A DNA stretch of 64,000 nt from Bispira polyomma (Eukaryota). Below, in pieces: positions 34,901 through 49,900 of the stretch (positions within the stretch are counted from its first letter, which is position 1; each line of letters opens with the position of its first letter). The notes under the pieces are model-generated. The model did no database searches, was not told the DNA's origin, and saw only the letters and a program-made list of their open reading frames with translations. The stretch is from contig OZ287750.1 of NCBI GenBank assembly GCA_965649765.1, positions 74,710,001 to 74,774,000 of the forward strand. Reading direction: 5' to 3'. The position numbers and the translations under genes are program-made.

Positions 34901-37900
34901 GAGAAAATGGAACTTCGAACACCCATTTATAAAGCCTGGTTTTAAGCAAGACTCTTGGAGAGTTAAGAGAAAGTCACATTCAACAGCCAACCCAGTGTAT
35001 ATTAAGCAAAAGTCGCAGGAAGCCAGGGGAGCAATGCATAAAGATCAAACCTGTACTTGAAGAAAAAACGAAGCATTGACTATAAACCTGAATTTTGAAA
35101 TCAGCTATTTTTATTTTTGAGGCAAGGTAATATACATATGAAAACGATATGATGTTAACATTTGACTGGGTTTTTGGTGGCTTAGCTTTTTTGGATTCTT
35201 AAAACTTTTCATTTCCATTTTGTTAATAAATGTTCAGAGGGAGGAACATTTAGGCACCAACTTTAAAAGACCATTAAATTTATTGCATAAAAACATAGTT
35301 TTATTCCACAGAGCACTCGGCCAGTAATTTGGTAGTAAAAAACTTTGTTTATGTAAGTGTCTAAAATGACTTAATGTAAATTTATATTATTTAATTTTAT
35401 TTTCATCTGAAAATTCACACATTTTGACTGAACACAGAAGTACAACTCGCATGAAAACTGAAACAATTTATTATTTAGGATTTTACTAGCACTTAAATGT
35501 AACATTCAGCTATAAAACAAATATCTTTTTCCCTGACTATAAAGCCCAGTGTATCAAAAACAGAAAGCTTTCCTAATGGACTTTCCTGTTCTTTTACTGT
35601 AATCAAATCTAGAACAACAGCCAGAGTGGGTCTATTCTAACCATGAATGAACCATTACACTTGGGACTGCAATGTGGCAATTTATGTGATATCTTCAAAT
35701 GGAATGAGGCTTTTGTGACCTGTCATTCTTCTGAGGGAAAAAACCAAACACAGTCTTTTATACTGAAAAAAATACTCATTAAGCTGAAAAAAAGGGTATA
35801 GAATGCAATTGGCTAAATTAACAAACGGTGTTTTTCAAGATTGTACCAACAGCAATACCCATATATGTATTTTAAATATCGCTATAAGAGAAAAAGATCC
35901 AGTATATTGAGAAATTAAAGCTTCAGTTTTGCTTCACATATAATATGAAAATCTGTTTTATTTCAAATTTTTTAATAATCAAATCTCCTGCCTAAGGAAT
36001 GTACCAATCTAGTTAAAAATGGTGATACCCAACAACCACCAATCTGGTCATGATACCTGATAACCAGCAATCTGGTCAAGATACCCGACAACTAGCAATC
36101 TGGTCAAGATACCTAACAACTAGCAATCTGGTCAAGATACCTGACCACTATCTGGTCAAGATACCTGACAACAAGCAATCTGGTCAAGATACCTGACAAC
36201 TAGCAATCTGGTCAAGATACCTGACAACTAGCAATCTGGTCAAGATACTTGACCACTATCTGGTCAAGATACCTGACAACAAGCAATCTGTCAAGATACC
36301 TAACAACTAGCAATCTGGTCATGATACCTGACAACTAGCAATCTGGTCAAGATACCTGACAACTAGCAATCTGGTCAAGATACCTGACCACTATCTGGTC
36401 AAGATACCTGACAACAAGCAATCTGGTCAAGATACCTGACAACTAGCAATCTGGTCAAGATACCTGACCACTACAATTTGGTCAAGATACAAGGTAATCT
36501 TGTCAAATTATCTAAACACTAGCAATCTGGTCAAATTATCTTAACACTAGCAAATCTAATCAAGATACATAGCAATCTGGTCAATATATCTAACAACCAA
36601 GCAATCTGGTCAATATATCTGACAACAAGCAATCTGGTCAATATATCGGACAACAAGCAATCTGGTCAATATATCTGACAAGCAATCTGGTCAAGGTACT
36701 TGACAAGTAGCAATATGGTCAAATAACCAAATTATCCTAACACCATCAATCTGGTCAAGATACCTGACAATAGCAATCTGGTCAAGATACCTACCACTAG
36801 TAATCTGGTCAAGCTACCTGACCACATACAGAAGTGGAATTTATTTTAGACATTGTTTTACCTAATCCAAATTCACATAGGTTTGTCAGGATTCAAAACA
36901 CAAGTCATACCACGACTATGCTTTTATCAGAAAAAAAATAGAAAGAACAATTAACCAATATTTAACCATTAAATACAGCAAAACGTCCATTATCAAAACA
37001 TTTGAGAATTAGGAGTGATAATCTGTTTGAATAACATGAGGTTCATAACACAGAAGATGTAGCTGTGCATCAAACAATAGAAACATATAAATTTAGAAGA
37101 TTGGAAAGAACAAGTCCACAAGATCAAATATTTAGATATTATAAGTTCAGATAACTGATTGTCTCTGTATTAGGTAACTGGTTGCCAATACATTGTACTC
37201 TGTGATAGACCATTCATTCCTTCACAGATTCTCTAGCTTTATCAGTCACTCCACATCATGTTACAGGTATATACAATGTATATATCTGATTGTGTGACAA
37301 GATCAACAAACGACACACTGTTTCTTAGCTTTCCCATGTTGAAAGTGTTGCATTACAATATAATGAAAGGGCCTTTTCATACAGAAGAATGACATACACA
37401 ACTTCTGTGCTACTTGATTCTGACATATTATCTGAGAAGTAAATAGATATGACCTTTATATGTTCACAGTGGACTGTGCATGAGTCATCTGCAAATATTA
37501 AAAGTTACTTCACTTAATGAAACCCCTTGTGTAGGGTTTGATGACACTTGAAAGTGTTCATTACATAGCCACTATAATTTCAAAATGAATAACACCTTTA
37601 GTGTACGTCTCCACAAGTACCATTTTCGCCAAACCATGTACGATTTGCAATGGCAATTTGTTTCCTCCTTATAATTTATATAGAACTGTCTCCACACACA
37701 CAAACCCACTGTACTATTTGCGATTGCGATAAAAGTTTTTGCTCCTGGAGGGAAAATTTTCGCATCGGATAGAAAAATCGTACAGAAGTGATGTTATAAA
37801 CAATATTAAATTAATTAAAAGTCTTGTAATCCCTGTACCAAATCAGACTTTAGAGACACAAACCACAAATATGTATCGCAAATAGTACGATCGTACATCG

Positions 37901-40900
37901 CCAGATGGTACTTGTGGAGACGTACACTAATGCCATACTTTTTCTAATGATAACACCCCTCTGAATAGAAGAGTTTCAGAGTCAAGAGGAAACAAAATAC
38001 TTCACCACCTTTTTTGTAAAGTTTAATTTTCATTTTAAATTGAAAATCATAACGTACAATGCTATTCAAATTTTTACTAAAATATACAGCAATTCAAATT
38101 TAGTTGTGGTTTATATGTAAATTTGTTATAAAAGGAGTTACTACATCATAATTTTTTAGTATTCCTCCACCCAGAAAAATATATGGTCCATCATGTAGTT
38201 ATTTTACAGAATTAGCTACCTGGTAGTTTCTTGAGCTTTTTTGAAAATATAGAGTCAAACCCCTTTAGTAGAAGTCAATTTTTCTTTGATATATACAGAA
38301 AACGTTGTTGTCCCACTGTGCCATTTCTCTTGCAATCTACCCTATGAAGTGGAAATCCTGCTTAAGTAGATGTAGTTGTCATGGTCCCTTGAGGTTTTAA
38401 TTAAAGGGATTCAACAGTATATATATATATTTCAGTCAACTGTAAGTTTGTAACACAAAGAGTAAAGAAGCTATCTTTGACATCTTCAGCCATTTATGTT
38501 AATATTTTTTATAAAGTCTTCAAAATCTGCAGATGTAGATGATTATACAATACTTCTGCTCCAGTGTATCAATCAACAAGTCTGAGAGTGAGTCTGCTGT
38601 CAGCCAGTTGTAAATAACATCCACAATTGTCTTGTGGTAATGATAAACCACACAGAGGCAGACACTTTGCTGTATGTTATCTGTGGATCTCATCAATGCA
38701 TAAAACAAACAAGATAGCAGTGCCAAAGACCAAACAATTGCACCAGATAATATCAAACAGCCACTCACTGTTGTTATTTACTGCATAAGCCTGTATAAAC
38801 AATCATTGGATACTTTCAAACAGACAAGTAAAGTAGAACTTGTATCATCCAAAATTCTACTTTACAACTAACTAGTCCTGTTTGTGAATGTTTAAATTTT
38901 TGAAACCAATTCCACTCCCCGAAATTTATGTTTTCCTGTTGTTTATAAAGAAATTGTATTCTTCTATTATTAGTATCTGAACAAATTCTTGCTGTCCCAA
39001 CATGATAGGAATATAAAAGTTCTAATGTTGATCTTCTCATGATGTTAAATTATTACTTTGTCCATCTATTGGTTGGGATACTAGCTTTTGCTGAAGACTG
39101 GAGGTGCTCATTACAGATGCACCGCTGGGACTTGTTTGTTCAGAATTAAATAGCACCAATACCACATGCATGGTCATGTACATTAGGTCATAATACAGTT
39201 GGTTGGCAAACCATATTTTGAAAACCAATATCAACATTATCTACTTCCATAACTACCCATCATACACGGCAGCCAATTGGGTCTCCAGTGACTTAATACA
39301 TGACTGACAATCAGGATATTTGTGACTTTGCAACAACTGCCAAATTGGTTGCAATGAATTTCTGGCACAATCTGACATCTTACTTTAATTGATTGCTGTG
39401 ACAACACTAGTGTGTTCATGCATATGTGCAACATGTAGAGATGATGGGAAGTGTCTCATATAAAGTGATACATAATAAGCCAATTCTTGCTTTTGTAACA
39501 GCCTGAAGATGCTTAATGTGCAATGGGGAGATTTGGCTGTTAGCAAAATTCTGCATACATGTGTATTCTAGTTCAAGTTTTTAACAATGCTTTCAACTCT
39601 TACACATCATATAACCACAATGGGCAGTTTATTGGTGGAAGAAACCAGAACAGCAACTTACTTTGTCAAGAGTTGTGCACTGTAAACCACCGGTCTTCAC
39701 CCATTTCTACTGCAAATTTTCCCAAATGAATGCTAGGGCCAAGATTCAAACCCACAACTGCAGAGGTGAGAAGTGACTGTGTTTACCGCTACACCACTGA
39801 GTATCTAATACATACATGTATAAGCTGTTACATGTGATGCGAATTATCATGCACAGAATGATGTAGGAAGTATGGAAATAGGTTTAGTTCAGGAGAGATA
39901 TCAAGCTTGCCTCAGTCTCTTATAAAGAAGTGTGATGTATAAGCTTGTGGTTCTGAGAACACTATAAACAACATAATTCCTTGGCTATACCAAGATCAGA
40001 AATATAAAACAAGCAAATTAGTAGCAGTGAATATAAGACTCCCTCACTGGTGATGAATGAAAGTGACTGTGTCTTGAGTGATGGAGTTCTCCACTTAGAT
40101 GTGTAGTTAATTAACTCCCACCAATCATCACCAATCATCACCCACACACTTATTACAACTCCAATCAACTCTGTATAATGTCAGTTTCTTGTCAACCTGT
40201 TTTTGCAATATTGCATTTGTGCTACAAACCTCACTTATGTCAGGGAATAAACAGTGTTTACAAAGTTGTTGATATAACAAATGAACAGAGGTATTTCATA
40301 CTAAGGAGTGTCAGTAAACTGTAACAAAAAATTGGACAAAGGATTCTAGGATATGCCACTTTTCTGATATAAAACTATCTATAAATGCTACTTGCAAATT
40401 TTAGACAACATTAATATTTTGTGATTTCAACATCATACTTTACACCAATTCAAACTGATTTGAAAATACTCTTTCAATGAATTTATCCAATTTCATTATT
40501 TTCTTAAGGTGTTATCATGTGACAAAGTTCACATACACATCAAATATCCTATTCTATGATCAAAATTGCTCACAGTGCCAGTATGCTTCAACGGTATAGT
40601 CAGTCATATGAGTACAATGTATATACAGTAGAACATTCTATTATCAAAACTTCTATGATCCAAATATTCAATCTCATGAACTCATGCTTACTCTCCTAAA
40701 TAGATCTTTTCCAAATTGTTTTATACTAAAATGCTTCTTCTATTTTGTGAAATTTATATTTAAGAGACTGTACATGTATTTTTCAGTTTGTAAAATCTAA
40801 ACCAAAAATTTATTTCAATTTTGTAAAATTTAAACCAAAAATTTGAAACGGTTGTCAGAGGTAATTGATAGTGCTTTTATAAGGGACGTTCTAAATTATT

Positions 40901-43900
40901 GTCTTGATTATTGGACTTTTGAACCATGGTACCTTATCATACCACAAAGAGGTAGGATGATTGAACGTTCAACTGCATTTTGGGAAAAAAAAAAAGAGAG
41001 AGCCTTTTCCAGCCTGTGGTCGAGCTAATTATGCAATGCTCACTCTTCTGTATGTCATTTTACTCTTTACTAGCCTTGTTTGACGTTTAAACACGGTCAC
41101 AAAACCTTTTTATGATGATTGTGTTCTAAATTTCAAAATATAAAGGAAGTAGCCACAAACCTTCAAATTTGCATATGTAAAATACCAAAAGTTCTAGATG
41201 TTTTCTTGTCGAAAATAGTCTCTGTGCAGTTACATGGTTATTAGGTCAATACAGAATTTGCCTTGGAAGGCTTCCCAGTATATTATTTACTCAGCATTTT
41301 AAACTTGGATAAGCATACTTACTGTAGATATACAAACATATTAAAGTTTAAGTAATCATTTTCAAAATTGAAAAAAAAAAAAAAGAAAAAGTGTTTTGGA
41401 CTTGACTTCTTTTAGATAGTTGAGTCGTGACTTGTGAAGACTCCATATTTTGGGATCCTAACTCGCTCACTGTTAATAATGATGATGACGAGACAATTCT
41501 AGGCTTTTAGCCCATTTTTCTATGACACACTGAATGCAGATATGGTGCGTGATTTTATGCGAGTCATTTTAGCACAGATTTCCATCACACACTGAATGCA
41601 GATATGGTGTGTGGTTATATGCGAGTCATTTTAGCACAAATTTCCATCACACTGAATGCAGATATGGTGTGTGGTTTTATGTGTTCTGAGAATATAAAAC
41701 TTTTGAGAAGACAGCCTTGCAGAAGACTATGTCCCCACTGCTACTAGAATTACTGCAATGTCAGGGTAAAAAGTGCAGCAATCATGTGAAACTACCACAG
41801 CCACTGATGCCAAAAACACACATTAATGCAGATGACTTCATGTGAAAAACCCAGCACTAAGATGATTTGAGTGCATCTTTGCATCAAGCTTTGAAGATTA
41901 AAAGCCTCCACACAAAAAAGATCAGTCTGTTTATCAGCTGAAATGTGTGTACTAGTAATGCAGGGGTATTCAAAGTGATGTATTTTCGAGATTGGCTCCA
42001 AAATGTAGGTACCTACCAACTGTCTGATGATGATAAAGCTATTAGCTTTAAAAGTTGGGTCCACAAAAGAGTCACTTAGTTACAAGTAAGTTATAATTAA
42101 GAAATTTCATATGATAGAAAGAATAAAACTGTAGTTACAGCACATTTTACAATGTTTAAAATTTTCTTCTACAGTAAATGCCACTGCTACTTTATAACCA
42201 TTATATAATATGAACGCTTTTCTACCCGAGTTTCACATGTTTACTTGTCTGTGTGAGGGCTTCGATTTTAAGTATGAAGACTTGAATATCTGAGGATTGA
42301 AAAGTAATAGGGATATTTTGAAAAAGTAGTAATACTTAAGAACAACGAAAGTGAATAGAAAATGTCTGTGATGTTGATTAAAGGAAATGGGATTAACAAA
42401 CTCCACATAGAACAACAAGATTAAATCATTAACAAAGTCATTACTCTTTGAGATCTATCACATTTAGTGGTAACTTCAGTGGGATAACACTTTTGAGAAA
42501 TGTCATTTGCACAAGAGTCTTTGTCTCGCATCACCCTTGATGATGAAATTTGCATTATCAAACTGTGTTCTATCAATTGGTAAACAACACTGGTAACTGA
42601 CATATTTATATTTAGTTGAGGTTAAAATAGTCTTGGTCTACACTCTGCACATTCCTAAGTGTACCAAGGCAAGCAAAAGTGGGTGTCCTTAGTTTTTTTT
42701 ACAACGCTGAGCAAACTTTCCTCCTGCACCCTGACATGCTGTGTCTGCCTGATAAGCAGCAAAAACCCTTCTTACTGTGATTTAAGACGGACATTCATAA
42801 AGAGTTATTAAGCTACATTATCACAGCGGATCTCTGCTATCACACATAACCTGAGAGCATCACTTGTTGCAAACAACAGAGACAGAGGAGGAAGCGCATA
42901 TTGTAGGGAATCGAGTATGGATGTGAGGCCGGCTGTACTTATTACACAGAACTGTCTTCACCTAATTATTATTACAAGGGAAGTACTTGCTAAAACAATA
43001 TCCGAGTAGCTTGCAAGTGACAAAGAAAAATAGCAGGATTTTCTAAGATTGAAAGGACCTTTACAAGTGAAGGATGAGGTATTTTACTATGAAACAGATA
43101 TCATCCAATGTACAAAATAACAAGATATAAATATGAGAGAGTGAAATTTATTTCCAAACCACTGAAGAGTTCACATACAGCAAAAACTCATTCATCCAAA
43201 CTTTTGTTGTCTGAATATTCGCTCTGATGAACTCTTTGAAACTCTATGTATTTTCGTATTGTTTCCATTCAGAAATGTCTGTTTTATGAACCACTATTTA
43301 TATGTTTGGATGTTCTGCTCTCAGTACTAGCTTGATTCACTCTCCCAAATTGATGGTTTCTTAGCCTAAGTTTCTCATGTACTTGATTTGCGGCAAACGA
43401 TGGACGATTGCGAAATCGGATGCTCTTGTTCCCGTATAAATGACGCCAGGATGCTATATTTAGACAATTAATAGTTAACAGAAAAAATCTCATTCGGGCA
43501 TCGCACATCAGATGTCGCAGTGGCACCCATGAGAACAAAACAAGATAACTTATGAAGAGGGAAAATGTCGCAATCGCAAACTCTGCACCGTTTGACACAT
43601 ATCGCTTACATGAGAATGTAGGCGTATTGTTTTATTCAGGAGGGTCTTATCTATTTATTGAACTTATTATGTTTAGATAATAGAGGTTCTATTGTCAATA
43701 CTCGATTTATATTAATCAACTACTACACTGATCAAGACAGTAGTAAACCAGACCACCACAAAGTGATAACTAATATAATGGTTTCTAACTTGGAGATCTT
43801 TCACAGACACAGTCTGCTGTCAAGTGGGAGTTTCAAGACTTTGCAAAAGCTCATCCATCACCCAAATCAAGAGTCCCCATCATATGAATTACACATTGTA

Positions 43901-46900
43901 ATCTATCACTACATTCTGAATGGTAGAACACAGCCTCTAATTAGACTTGTTCACAAGACCACAAAAATAACTGTATACACCCATCCTGTGTTATAAATAT
44001 TCACTTTTAGTTAGTTTGGAGCATTTAGAAAAAGAGGTATAAAATTGTACATTTGTAGGGATGTGTCGGTTCTCATTTAAAAGGTTGCCTGGAAAGGATA
44101 TATAGTTTACAGTTATAACAGAACTATTACTTTTTTTCTTGAGGGATAATGTGGGTACTTTTCTCCCCGAGGACTGATGAAAAATGTCTGCTCACACACT
44201 AGAAATTAACCAACACACACAATACACACGTAGGGGGCTCCCTCGCCGAAAATAGACGTCTTCACCAACAGGAAATTAAAGCAGTGATCCTCTGGATATA
44301 TCAACCTCGGCAGCCGGTTCCCAAGTTTCATTAGTCGGCAGTCCTGTCCACAGTTTTGATGTGACAAGAGAGAGTAGTGCTTACCAACCTGAAGAATCTC
44401 TTCAATTAGTCAGGGAGGGAAAATCCATCTTCCAACAAATTGTGTACCAAAAATACTTTTTGGGCAGCAATATATGTAGAAAAGCATAAAAAAAGTACTG
44501 GGTTTCTCAAAACACTTAGGAACATAAGAAAGTGTAAAAAAAACAAAGATGAAACAAAATCTTGGTAAATAATGTCTAGATTAAACCGAGTAAATGAATA
44601 CTGCTGAGCATATTAATAGGATCAATTGCTGTGTTTAGAAAGCTGGAGAGTATTTTGTGTGTGTGTGGTTGTGTATTACTGATCAGAGGGTGGAACATTT
44701 GATGAATATCATTGCATCTTGTGAAAGATAGTGTATAAACGATGTGTTATATTCAATATCCAATTGAATCCCTTTGATTTAATTTGAAGCTCAAGGAACA
44801 ATAAGAAATATTTACACACTACAGCAGAATGTAGATTTGAAAAAGAAAAAGCTTGTGTGGGACTACCAATATTTTTCTTAATACAAGGGAAACTCACTTG
44901 ACAAGAGTTCTACTTAAAGGGATTACTTTCCTGTATGTAAAAGATGACTGAGTGCAGAGTTTATCTGACAACTAAAGGATTGTTATAAGTTAGTTATTGT
45001 AATTTTTTAAGCACACCACCCACAGTATGTTGTGTCTGTTGAGGTTCTCCTATACATAGCCGTCATAATTTGCTTTGCAAAGCAAATGGGAGGAAATAAA
45101 TAGTGGAGGAACAGAGAGAAAGTTCGAATCCTGCTAATTAAGTTTTTGGCTGAGAGTAAACCACTGGAGCACATAATCAACTACAAGAGATGGGTTGTGG
45201 GAACTTGTGGCATACTTCCATGACACCATGGTCATCTATCTTTATGCTGTCAAAGTGGATTATTACACAGTCAGAACACACAGCTGGATACATAAACCTA
45301 TTTCAAATCTTTCCTTAGAATGTAATTTGTAACTGTGGGTGTTACACCTACATATATATTCTGCAATGTCTGTATGCTTGTTATGACAAGAAGAGAAATG
45401 TTGTTTCATTTGCATCACTGAGCAAATGCCCTGCTGAGGAACTGGATATGTGAATATACACACACAGATGAAGATGAATCATTAGTGCCAACTAAACTGG
45501 AACAACTAAACACACAGGTATTTCTATTTATTGTGATTTATTACCTGCCCTTTTAATAAAGTTCAGCAAATAGTGCTAAGCTAATGGTTCTGGTACATTA
45601 TTCAGAGATTTACTGGCTTTAATTTTTGTACAGGCTAAATCCACTAAAATGTTTTAGACAGAAGTAGGTTTTATTGTCTTTACACAGAATATACAGTAGA
45701 GTATATCAATTTGTCTGACTGATCTAATTAGGATTTGAATTAAAAGTTAACTGGTTAATGTGTAATTACCGTTGATCTAGTGGTAAGGTAGTTAGTGACA
45801 ACAAGGTCCCGGGATTAACTCTCAGTACCTCTAGTTTGATTTGGTTGGAGAACATCCTTGGACAAGATGAACACACGTTTGCCTAGTCGCTCGGATGACC
45901 ACTTAAAATGGCAGTCCCCTATCAGAGTTCTAATTCCAGTGGCAGATCAAAGATCCTTGGGGACATTGATAAAATGGTCATCTTTAAGCCTTGGCGCCCA
46001 TGAGGAAGCGCATTTGACATGACCTATAAATTTGTTATAACAAATATCTTATGTTACCTTAAGTTAACTGGTGTACACCAAGACAGGTGTTGAGTGTAAA
46101 ACTCCACTTATAGAGCTTATTGTGGTACATTGCCAGTATTTCTATATTGCAGAGATAAGAGAACTGCTATTTATCAAATAAAAGATGCTAAAGCCACTTT
46201 AAAATGTAATATTCTGTGCCATTTATTATGTTGGACCTGTAAGTACCCTAAGCTCCCTCTAAAAAGCCCAAGCTCTCATAATAGCCAACCCCTAGTTTTC
46301 TTGAATATTGTTGAATTTTTGAATGAAAAAACCACATTCTATTTGGAGCCCATCTCTAACATTTTCTTATATTCAAGTTAAAAGCCCATGGGCTATTCAG
46401 AGAGAGTTTAGTGTATATACATATAAAGTAAACAGGAAACATTCATTTTAAAACCAAAAACCCCAACCTATAGGTCAGTGCATAATTACAGTCAAACCCT
46501 TTTAAGTGGAGACAAATTTGTAGTCCAATTTTCTTTATAAAATCTATTGTTACGTGGTATAGTTCGACTAACAGGGTTTAATGTGAATGAAAAGATGTAA
46601 AATTTCATGCCTTTGTTCTGTGGGTCTCAGCAAAAACTGAATCTTGGTAGAAAAGGAAGTCAAAGCAGTGAATTGTGAAAACAAAAGTCCTTCCTGTGGA
46701 TAAATTTAAACCCAAACAGGGAAAGCTTTTAGACAGTAAAGTGTAATGAACACAGAAGAGATCAATCACTGGTATGGTAATCCGTTTGGTAAGGTTATAC
46801 CTTTCCAGTCCTGCTGAATAAGAAACACAAGACCAAATTTTTGTGCTTTTTAACAGTACTAGAATTTCCAAAACAGCTTTGCAGTATTATGTTACATTAT

Positions 46901-49900
46901 AGTAAGTTGGTACCACTGAAAACAAGAAAAGTACCAAAGACCGGCACAGTGTTAGTGTATGTACACATGTATGCGGCTTGCGAATTGCAATTTACTTCTC
47001 CCCTCCGACGCCCCCCCTCTCCCCCTACGCCGCCCCCCCTCCCTTTACTATTGAATTATCACCTTAAACAGTGCGATTTTATATTGTCATCCGATTTTTT
47101 CGGGCCTGGAGTGAAAAATTCGCATTCGGAAGCCGCAGATCGTGTGTCGCAATTCGCAGTTTGACATATGTGAACAAATTAACAAAATATATGAGGAGAC
47201 AAAAAATCGCAGCCGCAAATCGGACGTCTGATGTCGGAAGCCGCTTACATGTGTACATACACTAAGCTGTAAAATGTTCTAAAACCAAAAGTTTGGTCGA
47301 AACATTATTAAAGAAGTAGAAATCACAAGACTGCCAATTTTACATACAAGAGCACCATCCTTCCATGGTACTGTAGAAGAAGGTATGCAAAAAACAAACA
47401 TTTTGTACAGTTTAGATCAATCAGGATGCCATGAGCAATTGTTGCTGCCTGGATCAGAAAAAGTAGACCATAAAACAATGTTAATTGTATTTTACATTCA
47501 ACACCCTTTACTGATTGGTGCAAAGCATCTTCTAAAACATAACAACTGAATCAATTAACCAATCATGTGTCCTACAACATAGCCAGGGTCATCACCAGTA
47601 GGCATTGGCATGTTCACATCTTGCCCAAGGATGTGATCCCACCTAGCGGCATCAGCAGGGCTTAAACGGGGAACCTCCCGATGACCAACTTCCCCACTGG
47701 GAGTTGAACCAGGGGGACCTTAGGACCACCAGACCAACTCCTAACCACTGGGTCATAGAAGACCACAATATACCAGGCACAATATGCAATACATTTCAAT
47801 CAGTCACATAAAAAAAAATAGTCAGTTTTGCTTGTTTTCATGTATATTTTGGACCTTATGAAAACATCCTGTCTAAGGTGTTATTTTCTTTTACCAGAGC
47901 ATGTTCTTGATTGGGTTGGCAAAAGTCTTAGCTGGAACCAAATTGCATGCAGCTTGAGGTCAACACCACAAGCTCTAAAGTACTCTGGTAACATAATCAT
48001 AAAATCTTGAAATTGCAGTGTTTTTATGCTGCTTATATTCAAATTATTCGCTTTTATGTTTTAACTACGATTTTAAGTACTGTACCATATAACCTGCATG
48101 CATAATGAATGTATAGGCTGGATACTCTTTAAAACTAATCTAAAATTAGAGGTAGATTTATAACCTCTGTTCTCAAAAGTTGTGTCATTCGGTCAACATC
48201 ATATTTTGGTGTGCATTTGCACAAAGTGTTTTGATGGAAAAATTTTAAACAAGTGGCAAATTTGATATCCATTACTATCACCTTCACAGCTGTTAGACCA
48301 AAAAAATTAAATTATAGTTAAAAGTTTTTTGATTCTGTGAAAGATTTTGATGCTACACATTGTGATTCTGTCAAAACACACCCATAAATTCAGGGCGTCT
48401 ATCAGAAAATAAATTACTTCTCTTCCACAACCCAATTGAGCTTTTAGTCACATATGGCGAGATAAAAAATGTTTCTGTTAAAATTGATATGACATGGTAA
48501 AGTGATGGGGCCAAAAGCACAATAACATCTGGTGATCTATGGATAGTCGAGGGAGAACTTTTTGACTGGGCTGAAAATTGAAGTTTTTAGTTTTATCATA
48601 TTTATAGTGTTGACATTTGTTGCATCATAAATCCCTAAATTTATTAATGCGGGGAAGAAAATTTATCAGCTACTGACTTTTTTTTTAGTTAAAAGAAGAT
48701 TATATTGTTATTATGTTAAGGTGAAATGTAAAGTATAATCATTAAACCACTCTTGTAAAACTTACTGTAAATCAAATGTAAAAAGTTTAGCTGAAGATGG
48801 GTATATCAGTTAGTAGTTACTAGTAGAGTACTCATACAATTAATTGTCACTTGTACATTTTTTCTAAAGTACAATAAGATAAGCATAAAACCAAGATCTC
48901 TTCAAGGTCAATAAACAAAGTCAAGGAACAATGTAATTTAGTCAAGTTGAAAGTGAAGATAGTGAGAATTTAGTCAGGTTGTAAGTCAAGTTAGTGAGAA
49001 TTTAGTCAAGTTGAAAGACAGATACTGAAAATTTAAAGTCCACCAATAGAGAACTTAGAACTATAGAGTCACAATGAAAGCTTTCAGAAATTTAATAACT
49101 TTGACTATGTTCATGCTACTGATAAAATTTCATATCATAGGAGAAATTTAGTATACTGAAAAAAGTCCAGGGAAAGAGATCTTAAGTCATAATGAAAGCT
49201 GAGAGATCTAATAATAACTTAAACTATGTTTTAAATCCCCCCTACTGATTACTTCTATATCACACTCTGGATCCTAAATGGCAGCAAGCGCCAAACTTGC
49301 AAGATGCACTTTGATGGTAAAAATCAGAAAAGAGCCTTTCGATTTGAATTATTCACAGTATCGTCGTTTGCATAATGGCTCCATTAAAATGGGAATCAAG
49401 AGACTCAGGCAAAACCCAATGGATACCAATTTTTGACATTCGCTGATAAAATGGGAGGAGTTAAATACTGCACACAGTGCAGCAAGCAAACTAAGGCAGA
49501 ACCTGGTGATACTTAATCCTTTAATGGTGATCGTGTGTTGCTGAAACATCACAAATATGCACAAAGAATAATGTAATTGTCCCTTCTAAAACAAGTGTTG
49601 TGTTGAAATGGTGTCTAAATAATGGGAACACAGAAACAGGCCTCTTTATATTTGTTTTTCTGCCCAGCCTTCACAAACCCCATGAACTATTGTGCATCTC
49701 ATGCAAACGGAGAAGGCAGAGAATACCTCAAAGCACACATACTGGCCATTACCCGTGACATGACGCTGGTATTATACAAGCTAAGCGAGATATATGCCTA
49801 TATATTTATTATTTAGTATTATTTACACACATGTGAAAAAGGATATTTATCTGACAAGTATGTGCTTTGTATATAACTTATAAATTATTTTCTGACATCA

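Noticed and set aside
36024-36823. CRISPR-like 28 bp repeat array
   Set aside because: Units are head-to-tail with no unique spacers, there are no cas genes, and the context is a eukaryotic intron.
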